Origin: Capsulimonadaceae bacterium
GTDB taxonomy: Bacteria > Armatimonadota > Armatimonadia > Armatimonadales > Capsulimonadaceae
Length of the DNA stretch: 64,000 bases
NCBI GenBank assembly: GCA_965215505.1
Contig: OZ244065.1
Coordinates: 864,001-928,000, forward strand
Reading direction: 5' to 3'
The translations under genes and the position numbers were made by a program. Below the pieces are notes generated by a model. The model did no database searches. It had not been told where the DNA came from and worked only from the letters and a program-made list of their open reading frames with translations. Position 1 is the first letter of the stretch. The number at the start of each line of letters is the position of its first letter. Positions 20,721 to 29,299 of the stretch are shown piece by piece.

Positions 20721-21335
20721 ATGGCATTTGAAGTCCCGCCGCTCCCCTATGCGTATGACGCACTGGAGCCGCACATTGACGACCAGACCATGCACCTGCA
20801 CCACGACAAGCACCACCAGGCCTATGTCACCAACCTGAACGCCGCCATCGAGAAGCACCCGGAGCTTGCCGGAAAGTCGCCGGAAGAACTGATCAAGGAC
20901 CTGAACGCCATCCCCGAGGACATCAAGGCGGCCGTCCGCAACAACGGCGGCGGCCACGTCAACCACTCGATGTTCTGGGAGATCATGGGGCCGGGCGGCG
21001 GCGGCGAGCCGACGGGCGCTCTGGCCGAGGCGATCACGACGACCTTCGGCAGCCTGGACGCCTTGAAGGCCGCCGTCAACGACGCGGGCGTCAAGCGCTT
21101 CGGCAGCGGCTGGACCTGGCTGGTCAAGACGGCGGACGGCAAGCTGGCCGTGGTCAGCACCGCCAACCAGGACAACCCGATGAGCGAGGGCCACTTCCCC
21201 ATCCTCGGCAACGACGTCTGGGAACACGCCTACTACCTGAAGTACCAGAACAAGCGGCCTGACTACCTCGCCGCCTGGTGGAACACGGTCAACTGGGAGG
21301 CCGTCGGCAAGCGGTTCGAGCAGTCCGGCTACTAA
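20721..21335 (+). CDS. sodA: Superoxide dismutase, Mn-type signature
   Basis: [39 protein letters not shown]. Confidence 0.95.
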   Translation: MAFEVPPLPYAYDALEPHIDDQTMHLHHDKHHQAYVTNLNAAIEKHPELAGKSPEELIKDLNAIPEDIKAAVRNNGGGHVNHSMFWEIMGPGGGGEPTGALAEAITTTFGSLDALKAAVNDAGVKRFGSGWTWLVKTADGKLAVVSTANQDNPMSEGHFPILGNDVWEHAYYLKYQNKRPDYLAAWWNTVNWEAVGKRFEQSGY

Positions 21336-21347
21336 GCCCATAGACAA

Positions 21348-21381
21348 GAAAAGCCCCCGGCATCCTGCCGGGGGCTTTTTT
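21348..21381 (+). terminator. Intrinsic terminator after sodA
   Basis: AAAAGCCCCCGG-CATCCTG-CCGGGGGCTTTTTT. Confidence 0.9.
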
Positions 21382-21398
21382 AGGCAGTCAAACGTCCC

Positions 21399-22399
21399 TC
21401 ACCCCTTGACCTGCACCGTGTTCCCGGCGTGGCCCGTGACGCGCCCGCCGGTCAGCGTCAGCAGGTCCGAGAGGGCCCTCACCGGCTCCCCGGCGTCTTT
21501 GGGCACCGGCACCGCCAGCGCCGCCGCCTTGGCCCCGCCGACCGTCGCCGTACTGCCCGCCGTCAGGGCAACGGCCTTGCACCCCGCCCCGGTGAGGGTG
21601 AGCGCGCCTGTTTTAGCGTCCCAGCCGCTCGTCAGGCCCATCGCCTTGGCGAACTCGCGCACGGGAACGTAGCTCTGCCTGCCCACGAGGAGGGCGTTCT
21701 GGGGCAGCGCGTGGCCGTTGACGGCGAGGCGTGTGTTCTGGGCGGTGCCGCCAGTCAGCTTCGCCTGCTGGGAGGCGCGGAGCAGGATTTGGTAGGCGAC
21801 CGCTTCGACCGCCGCTTTGGGGAACCTCGGGAAGTTGCCTCGGCGGCTCGCAAGGAAAGAGCGCCTCCCTTCAATCAAAAATGCTACTCTTCCTTTACGC
21901 CCGATAAGTGTGCTATATCCGCTCGGGTTGAACCAGGACTCGTCTCCGAGCGCGGATGCGCCGCTGAATGTCCCCTGCTGAAAGCGCGTGGAGCAAGCCT
22001 GAAGGAATTCCTGCACTTCCAAATGGGCCGTCTCTGGCGCGTCGCAGATGTTCATCGTCAGGACAAGATGAAACTCGCCGTCCTCGGAGTAAAGGGACCT
22101 TACGATCTGGCTCATCCTGCCATCTTGGTCTGGGAGCGTAATCCAGCCGGGGTGATACTCATCTTCCCGCCCATCCAGGACGACCTGGTCCTCGACAACT
22201 CCCACTCGTGAACTCCCGTCCGGACCGGTGAACTCCCCGAGAGGGCGGACGCGGGTGAACCCTTGTAGGTCCTGCTGGTCAGGGATCAGTGTTTGTAGTT
22301 GCTGCTGTGTCTCCTGTGGGTGAGCCGGGCCTCCAGAGGCGATGGAACCGGCCAAGAGAAAGGCGAGGGACCCATCATGATTTTCTTCACGACTAACAT
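21399..22399 (-). pseudogene. Secreted protein with C-terminal copper-amine-oxidase-N-like domain; frameshift in the signal peptide
   Basis: YVPVREFAKAMGLTSGWD stalk-like motif; MLVVKKIMM and GSLAFLLAGSIASGG lie in different frames and join with one extra G. Confidence 0.55.
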
Positions 22400-22628
22400 T
22401 GTGGAACTTTCCTGATTCGGGTTGACATCAGTTTGAACGATCAGCGTGAATGCCGCTGCGCCTGGGAGGAGTGGCTGGGACGGCTCCCATACAGGTATTA
22501 GATACTCTAACCTTGGAACCGTTGGTTCCGACAGGGCAAGCCACCCCGGCACAAAGGAGGACCCGCCGCGCATCGGCGGCAGGTCCTCTTCACTGTCTCC
22601 TTCCGCCCCTTGGCCCCGCTAGGCACGG

Positions 22629-22760
22629 CTTCGACATTGCCGAATTGGGGGCATTCCCCGCGAGGAGGATTCCGGCGGGCCGCCCGCGAACTAAAGGCCA
22701 CGGCCGCGGATTGACACGGACAGGCCGAACAAGTTAAAGACCCAAGCAAGAGATCCCATG
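22629..22760 (+). repeat. Degenerate direct copy of 20587-20723 (helicase 3' end plus sodA upstream region)
   Basis: Shared colinear blocks TTCGACAT.GCCGA, CGAGGAGGATTCCG, CCGCCCGCGAACTAAA, GCCGAAC, AAGACC. Confidence 0.85.
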
Positions 22761-24020
22761 CCAACCGACCCCAGCATCATCCCGGCCATCGCCGCCGCCG
22801 TCGAGGGCAGCCCCGACAACGTCCCCCTGCGCCTGCACCTGGCGACACTGCTGCTGGACGCAGGCCGTCCCGCCGAAGCATTGGAGCAGTGTGCGACCGT
22901 TCTGGGGCGCGAGCCGGACAACCGAGAAGCCTTGCACAAGGCCGCCGACGCCGCCTTCAAGACGGGCGATACAGTGCGGGCGATCAGCTACGGCCGGCTC
23001 CTGGACGCGCTCGGCTCTCCCCCGCTTGACGGCGAGGATCTCCCGGCCTTGCCCCGCCCGCCGGACGCCGCGCCGCCCCGCGTCCCCACCCTGGAAACGG
23101 CCATCCCCCTCTCGGCGATGGAGGAGGACGGCGAGCCGGGCGAATGGGAGGTGGAGCGGCCCTCGCTCACCCTCGCCGACGTGGCCGGCATGGAGGCGGT
23201 CAAGCGGCGGCTGAACCTGGCGTTTCTGGCCCCCATGAAGAACCCGGACCTGCGGAAGCTCTACGGGAAGTCCCTGCGCGGCGGCCTGCTGCTCTACGGC
23301 CCGCCCGGCTGCGGGAAGACCTTCATCGCCCGCGCGACGGCTGGCGAACTGGGCGCGAAGTTTCTCGCAGTCGGCCTGTCCGACGTGCTGGACATGTGGA
23401 TCGGCAGCAGCGAGAAGAACCTGCACCAGATCTTTGAAACGGCCCGCCGCAACAGTCCCTGCGTCTTGTTCTTCGACGAGATAGACGCGCTCGGCCACAA
23501 GCGAAGCCAGATGCGTAACAACGCGGGCCGCAACGTGGTCAACCAATTACTGGCCGAGATGGACAGCGTGGAGGGCGACAACGAGGGCGTCTTCATCCTG
23601 GCCGCCACCAACCACCCCTGGGACATCGACACGGGCCTGCGCCGACCGGGCCGGCTCGACAGGACGCTGCTGGTCCTGCCGCCCGACGCCCCCGCCCGCG
23701 AGTCGGTGCTGCGGCTGCATTCCAAGGACCGGCCCCTGGAAGGCGTGGACTTCGCCGCACTGGCCGCCCGGACGGAAGACTACTCCGGGGCAGACCTGGC
23801 CCACATCTGCGAGGCCGCCGCCGAGCTTGCCCTGGAAGATTCGCTCGCGACCGGCAAGGTGCGCTCCATCGGCATGAACGACTACAAGCGCGCCCTGAAA
23901 GACGTCAAGCCGAGCGTCCGCCCCTGGTTCGAGACGGCCCGGAACTACGCCCTATACGCCAACGAGGGCGGGGTCTATGACGAGCTGATCGAGTACCTGA
24001 AAACGCGCCGCATCCTCTGA
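22758..24020 (+). CDS. AAA+ ATPase (CDC48/Vps4-like) with N-terminal TPR
   Basis: GPPGCGKT, FFDEID, AATNHPWDID..LRRPGRLD, YSGADL. Confidence 0.9.
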   Translation: MPTDPSIIPAIAAAVEGSPDNVPLRLHLATLLLDAGRPAEALEQCATVLGREPDNREALHKAADAAFKTGDTVRAISYGRLLDALGSPPLDGEDLPALPRPPDAAPPRVPTLETAIPLSAMEEDGEPGEWEVERPSLTLADVAGMEAVKRRLNLAFLAPMKNPDLRKLYGKSLRGGLLLYGPPGCGKTFIARATAGELGAKFLAVGLSDVLDMWIGSSEKNLHQIFETARRNSPCVLFFDEIDALGHKRSQMRNNAGRNVVNQLLAEMDSVEGDNEGVFILAATNHPWDIDTGLRRPGRLDRTLLVLPPDAPARESVLRLHSKDRPLEGVDFAALAARTEDYSGADLAHICEAAAELALEDSLATGKVRSIGMNDYKRALKDVKPSVRPWFETARNYALYANEGGVYDELIEYLKTRRIL

Positions 24021-24052
24021 CCGCTTCCCTTTATTAGACCGCCGACTGCCCT

Positions 24053-25312
24053 ATGAACGACAACCTCAGCCGCGCACATCTACTTTTCGACCAGGGCCGC
24101 TACCCGATGGCGGCGGAGGAGGCCGGGCGGCAGCTCGCCTCGGACCCCGACGACCCGCTCGCCCACTGCCTGCTCGCCCTCTGCCTTTCCAAGATGGAGC
24201 GGCACGAGGAGGCGATCCGGGAGGCGCAGACCGCCGTCCATCTCGCGCCGGACTTCCCCAACGGCTATGCCGTCCTGGGGAGCGTCCTGGATGATGTCGG
24301 GCGACTGCGCGAAGCCGAGGCCGCCGCCCGCGCGGCCCTGCGGCTGGACCCGGACGAGGCGAGCCACTACGCCCTCCTTGCCAGCATCCGCATCCAGCAG
24401 CGGCAGTGGGCGGACGCCTTGGAGCAGGCGGACCGGGGACTCGCCATTGACCCGGACCACACCGGCTGCGCGAACCTGAAGGGGATCGCCCTGGTGAACC
24501 TGGGCCGGAACCAGGAGGCGGGCGCGGCCATCCAGACCAATCTCGCCAAGGACCCGGAGAACGCGGCCACCCACGCCAACCAGGGCTGGGCCTTGCTGCA
24601 CCAGGGGGACCACAAGGCGGCGATGGACCACTTCCGCGAGGCCCTGCGGCTCAAGCCGGACATGGAATGGGCGCAGCAGGGCATCCTGGAAGCCCTCCGC
24701 GCCCGCAACCCGGTGTACGGGCTGATGCTCCGCTATTTCCTCTGGATGTCCCGCTTCAGCGGCAAGATGCAGCTCGGCATCATCGTCGGGGCGTATGTCG
24801 GCTACCGCTTGATACGCGGCCTGGAGAGTTCCCACCCCGCGCTCGCCCCGTTCCTGCTGCCGGTCATCATCGCCTATGTCGCCTTCGTGTACCTGAACTG
24901 GACCGCTCGCCCGCTGTTCAACCTGCTATTGCGCCTGGACAGGTTCGGACGTCTTGCCCTGACGCGCGACCAGGTTGTCGCCTCCAACTGGTTCGGGGCA
25001 TCGCTGCTGGCCGCCCTCGCCGCGCTCGGCGGGGCTTTGGAAACCGGCCGCGGCTCTCTCTGGTTCCTCGCCGCCGCGTTCCTGATGCTGACGGTCCCGA
25101 TCTCCGCCACGTTCGCGCGCAAGCCGGACAACGGCCGGCTGTGGATGGCGGTCTACACCGTCGCCCTGACGGCCCTCGCCCTCATCGCGGCGGGCGTCTG
25201 CTTTTTCCAGGGGACGCGGGCGGCGGACACCCTGTTCACCGCCTTCTTCTACGGCTTCGCCGGTTTCCTCTGGATCGCCAACCTCTCCGGCGCGCGGCGG
25301 GAGTACCGCTAG
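24053..25312 (+). CDS. TPR-repeat protein with C-terminal transmembrane domain
   Basis: Multiple TPR motifs followed by about 6 hydrophobic helices. Confidence 0.85.
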   Translation: MNDNLSRAHLLFDQGRYPMAAEEAGRQLASDPDDPLAHCLLALCLSKMERHEEAIREAQTAVHLAPDFPNGYAVLGSVLDDVGRLREAEAAARAALRLDPDEASHYALLASIRIQQRQWADALEQADRGLAIDPDHTGCANLKGIALVNLGRNQEAGAAIQTNLAKDPENAATHANQGWALLHQGDHKAAMDHFREALRLKPDMEWAQQGILEALRARNPVYGLMLRYFLWMSRFSGKMQLGIIVGAYVGYRLIRGLESSHPALAPFLLPVIIAYVAFVYLNWTARPLFNLLLRLDRFGRLALTRDQVVASNWFGASLLAALAALGGALETGRGSLWFLAAAFLMLTVPISATFARKPDNGRLWMAVYTVALTALALIAAGVCFFQGTRAADTLFTAFFYGFAGFLWIANLSGARREYR

Positions 25313-25458
25313 GAGGGGCGCGATTCATCGCGCCCTCGTGTCCTGCCGCGCCCTCGTGCCCTGCCCCGTAGGGGCGAACCTTGTGTTCGCCCTTCCTGTT
25401 CCTGCTCGCCCTTCCTGTTCCTGCTCGCCCTCCTCAATCTAGGAAGGATGGGTGCAAT
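25310..25458. repeat. REP-like palindrome cluster
   Basis: GGGGCGCGATTCATCGCGCCC, GTAGGGGCGAACCTTGTGTTCGCCC, repeated TCGCCCTTCCTGTTCCTGC. Confidence 0.8.
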
Positions 25459-25476
25459 AAGCGCCCACGGAAACAC

Positions 25477-25552
25477 GAAGCCCGCCCGGCGCATCTGCGC
25501 CGGACGGGCTTCTCACGGACGGGCTTCTCACGGACGTGCCTCTCACGGACGT
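25477..25552. repeat. Terminator-like hairpin followed by 15-bp tandem repeats
   Basis: GAAGCCCGCCCGGCGCA-TC-TGCGCCGGACGGGCTTC; CGGACGGGCTTCTCA x2, one degenerate copy and a partial fourth. Confidence 0.7.
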
Positions 25553-25554
25553 CC

Positions 25555-26802
25555 TTACGGAGTAGCCTTAGTCGGCAAGGGTGCCAGGAACTGAGCGCGG
25601 AGGAGGTCTACCTTCTCCTGATGCTCAGTGGCCCACTTCTTCCAGAACGAGACGTACTTGTCTTCCTGAGCCTGGAAGGACGCCGTATCAGGATGATCCG
25701 GCGTGTTGGTGGCCGCGTACAAAGCCGACACGATGGAGTACCGGGCGTCAGGGTCGGAGTCGTCCAGGTGTTCCAGTAGCGAAGGGACGGCCACAGGGTC
25801 AGCCAGTTGGCGGAGGGCAGCCGCCGCCTGCGATCTTACATTCGGGTTGCTATCGCTAAGGAGGCCCACTAGCGGCCTCGTCGCAGCCGGGTTGCGGTAG
25901 AAGGTGAGGAGAGAGACGGCCTCCCCAGTTTCCTCCAGCTTATACTGCCTGTCGGCGATCTTGGCAAGCATCGGGATCATAGCCACGTCCTGAAGCCTGC
26001 CCAGGGTGAGGATGGCTCGCTCGCGTACTTCGGTGCTGCCGTTCATCGTCTGCATCAGCACTGTCGGCAGGACGCGGCTCTTCACGAAGCCTTCTAAATC
26101 CGTCGCCGCAGACTGCGGCGTCGAAAAAGGTTCCCCGAAAACTAAACGGTCTGTGACCGCGTAGTCGAAGCGATCGCCATCCGGCTTGGCGTTGAGAAGG
26201 TAGCCGACCTCCCCGAGACGCTTAAGGCACTCCAAGCGAATCGCGCCATCCGGCACCTCCAGCGCTCGCACCAGGGTCAGGATGACTCGGCGCAGGGGCG
26301 TAGCGGGGGCGAGCACGCCCTCCAAAGAAGCGTTGCCAATGGGGACAAGCGGGGCGGGCAGGGCAAAAGGCGAGTAAAGCGCGAATGCCTCCGAGCCGCC
26401 GTCCTGTGGGCGGGGCGACCGGCGCAGGAAAAAGAGCGCCCTTTCCCCAGCCACGACCTGCGGGTAGTGGCGATAGTTGGATGACATGCGCGGGGGAGAA
26501 GGAGGCGCCGGATACAGGAAGTGAAGGTGGGTCCCTGGGAGGCTGCCTGACAACACGGCTTCGACCGAGACTTCTGCGCTTTCGACCTGAGCGTCTGCGG
26601 TGTAGCCCGTCCCGGAGTCAAACAGTCCGTGTCCGAGTTCGCCCACGCTTTTGATGGTGCCGACACAGATTACCTCGGATTTGGGTATGGCGGAACTTAT
26701 CTCCCCGTTCGGCACAACGCCTGCGCCTGCCGGTTGCATCAGGGCAAAAAGCAGGGCGGACCACAGCCATGACCGGCATCGCTGAATTGTTTGAGTTTTC
26801 AT
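25555..26802 (-). CDS. Secreted HEAT-repeat protein
   Basis: Signal peptide; LLSDSNPNVRSQAAAAL, LDDSDPDARYSIVSAL; ATG (MKTQ) 6 bp from the IS end. Confidence 0.75.
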   Translation of the reverse strand: MKTQTIQRCRSWLWSALLFALMQPAGAGVVPNGEISSAIPKSEVICVGTIKSVGELGHGLFDSGTGYTADAQVESAEVSVEAVLSGSLPGTHLHFLYPAPPSPPRMSSNYRHYPQVVAGERALFFLRRSPRPQDGGSEAFALYSPFALPAPLVPIGNASLEGVLAPATPLRRVILTLVRALEVPDGAIRLECLKRLGEVGYLLNAKPDGDRFDYAVTDRLVFGEPFSTPQSAATDLEGFVKSRVLPTVLMQTMNGSTEVRERAILTLGRLQDVAMIPMLAKIADRQYKLEETGEAVSLLTFYRNPAATRPLVGLLSDSNPNVRSQAAAALRQLADPVAVPSLLEHLDDSDPDARYSIVSALYAATNTPDHPDTASFQAQEDKYVSFWKKWATEHQEKVDLLRAQFLAPLPTKATP

Positions 26803-26876
26803 TGTTTGTGACGTTTCCCCCATTTTATGTACCACGGGCGGAGTGAGTGTTTTGGTCGTCTAGCAAGGCGGCTTAG

Positions 26877-27756
26877 TTATTGGTTCTCCCCCTGCTTGTG
26901 TTGGTGTTCTCGGTTCTCTTGCCGCCAAGCCCGCGCGAAGGCGGCGGGCGGCATATACTTCAAGCTGCTGTGCGGGCGCTCCTCATTGTACCAGCGTCGC
27001 TGGGTTTCCAGCCGCACCTGCGCCTCGGGGACGGTGGCGAAAACTTCGCGGTCCAGAAGCTCATCGCGCAGTTTGCCGTGGAAGCTCTCCTGGAACCCGT
27101 TCTGCCACGGGCAGCCAGGGTCGATGTAGTGCGGCGCGGAGCCGCTTTCTCGCAGCCAGCTTTGGACTTCGGCGGCGATGAACTCAGGGCCGTTGTCGCT
27201 GCGGACGAAGCGCGGGATGCCGCGTGAAGCAAACAACGGCTTCAAGGCCATCACCACCGCCTGGCTGGTCAGGGACACGCCCACCGTCACGGACAGCCAC
27301 TCGCGGGTGAACTCGTCGAGCACGCTCAGGATACGCAGCTTACGCCCAGACAGCAGCCCATCCGCCTGGAAATCGTAGATCCAGACATGATTAGGATGCT
27401 CCGCCTGGCACGGAACGCCACGCCCCGTCCTGATCTTGCGCTTCTTGGGACGCTGCGGCACTTGAAGCCCGTGCTTGCGCCAGACGCGCTCCACGCGCTT
27501 ATGGTTAATGACCTGCCCGCCTGCCCGCAACAAAGCGTGGGCGCGTGGGACGCCGAAGCGCGGGTATTTGTGCTTGATCTGCTCAAGCTGCTCCCTGAGC
27601 GCCTGATCGTCACGCGGATGTGCCTGGTAGCGGGCACTGGATCGGGCTAGGGTTGCCAGGCGGCAGGCTTTGCGCTGAGACAGCCCGCGCTTCGTCGCCT
27701 GCGAAACCACCGCGCGCCCCTCGGCCAGCGGGTCGGCGGCCTCGGCTACTTTTTTT
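26877..27756 (-). CDS. IS3 transposase OrfB (DDE), joined by -1 frameshift
   Basis: WIYDF, DEFTRE, RSDNGPEF, PWQNGFQESFHG, YNEERPHSSL. Confidence 0.92.
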
Positions 27757-28012
27757 GCAGGATCTCCTTGATGATGTCGACCTCCAGGTCGCGCTCGGCG
27801 AGCAGGCGTTTCAGTCGGGCGTTCTCTTTTTCGAGTTCACGGACGCGGGCGGCTTCACTGGTGTTCAGGCCGCCGAAGCGTGAGCGCCAGCGGTAGAAGG
27901 TATTTTCGGCGATGTTGTGCTGACGGCAGACTTCCGCGATGGTCTGCTCGCTCTTCTCGGCTTGCTGCAAGATGGCGACGATCTGCTCGTCGGTGAACTG
28001 GCTCTTCTGCAT
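27746..28012 (-). CDS. IS3 transposase OrfA (HTH)
   Basis: MQKSQFTDEQIVAILQQAE...TFYRWR..FGG...ELEKENARLKRLLAE; ends in A7G slippery site. Confidence 0.92.
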   Translation of the reverse strand: MQKSQFTDEQIVAILQQAEKSEQTIAEVCRQHNIAENTFYRWRSRFGGLNTSEAARVRELEKENARLKRLLAERDLEVDIIKEILQKK

Positions 28013-28078
28013 TCGAGTATTCTACCTTTCGGGTCAATACTCACTTCGCAAATGGTATAGGTTTTGGGGGAAAGGTCA

Positions 28079-29006
28079 ACAGCAGTGCTGATCTTAGGCT
28101 CGTGAGAGGTGATGGCAAACGCGGGGCTGGACGCGGATACTCCATTCAGCGTGTATGTCACCACCGCACTGGCCCTCCCAGACCCTGTTGAGCGGTAGGT
28201 TACATTCGGTGTCGTTCCGCCATCAGTTACTATCGCCGCGCCAGTGATAGACCAGCTATAGGTAGTATTTGCCGGCTGACCGACGGCGGCAGTCAGATGA
28301 CCTATCTCATCTGGCGACAGAGGAGGATTCTCCGTGGGGTAGTCGCAGTAGTAGCGTACATCCTTGGTGCCTGTGGGATCAATGGGTCCACCAATCACAT
28401 AAACTTTATGGTCTTGGAGAGGTATCCCGACATGCTGCCGACGGCCCCATTAGGACCCTTGGCTTTGTAGGTGACGGCACAGGTCACGGACACGACATAG
28501 CCGTCAGTCCGAGCAGGACTAGTTTCAGCGACGGTGACAGTCGTCGTGGCGTCGTTCGGCGGGGAGAAGGTGTCGGAGAGGGTGTTGGCCGGGGGCGTCT
28601 GCGGCTGGCTGCCGCGGGCGTCTGCGGTCGCGGTCCACAGATAACCCGGAGGACCGTCGGCGACCCACCCCGGCATATCGGGATCGGGTTGGGGGGTTCC
28701 TGCGCTTGCCGTGGCCGTGAACGTAACCGGCGTATTGACAGGGGTTGTCACACAAGGGCCACCATTAGTATCAACACCATCAGCACTCGTCGTGATAGTG
28801 GTGCCGGTGACGGTCCCCGCGATTATGGCACTCTGTCCCCCCGGCCCCCCGCCTGGGGCCGGGGCCTGAGCCGGCTTCGCCCCCAGGAGGACCGCAAGCG
28901 TACAGCACAGCAGGACGGCCACCACGGCAAGAGGAGCGAGACTAGCGATTAGGCGCGGGAAGATGGGCGCGGGAAGATTGGGACAGCATCCGATCACTCC
29001 ATTCAA
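28079..29006 (-). pseudogene. Secreted Ig-like/beta-rich protein, frameshifted and truncated by IS3
   Basis: Hydrophobic signal, Thr-rich beta strands; ORFs 28395-29006 and 28398 join as KTIKFYVIGGP with one extra T; frame runs into the IS end. Confidence 0.6.
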
Positions 29007-29082
29007 CGCAAAGGTCAGGAAAGGGAGAGGGCGCTACAATACGCCGGTGAGCCTCGGTACGGACGTGAGGAGGAACATAGGG

Positions 29083-29111
29083 ATTGTATGCGGGTATTGC
29101 GACAAAGTCAA
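29083..29111 (-). promoter_or_regulatory. sigma70-type promoter
   Basis: TTGACT-17 bp-TACAAT on the minus strand. Confidence 0.65.
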
Positions 29112-29168
29112 GGGTTTGGGAAACTGATTTATTGCGGCAGTGACGGCGAACAGGCGGTCAAAAAGGCA

Positions 29169-29298
29169 AACAGGAAGGGCGAGCAGGAACAGGAAGGGCG
29201 AACACAAGGTTCGCCCCTACGTCTTTGCGTTTATCATGTCTGCGTGCCGCATAGGGGCGCGGTGAATTGCGCCCTCCCCTCCTGCCGCGCCCTCGTTC
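29169..29298. repeat. REP-like cluster; 29169-29220 is the exact reverse complement of 25368-25419
   Basis: 52/52 match on manual comparison; also TAGGGGCGCGGTGAATTGCGCCC and TCCTGCCGCGCCCTCGT shared with ~25341. Confidence 0.9.
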
Positions 29299-29299
29299 C

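Larger units (their letters stand above)
26809..28078 (-). mobile_element. IS3-family insertion sequence (1270 bp)
   Basis: Imperfect terminal IRs TGACCTTTCCCCCAAAACCTATACCA / TGACGTTTCCCCCATTTTATGTACCA; orfA plus orfB. Confidence 0.93.

Noticed and set aside
25310..25552. Possible CRISPR array
   Set aside because: Repeats are adjacent or palindromic with no unique regular spacers, and no cas genes are present.
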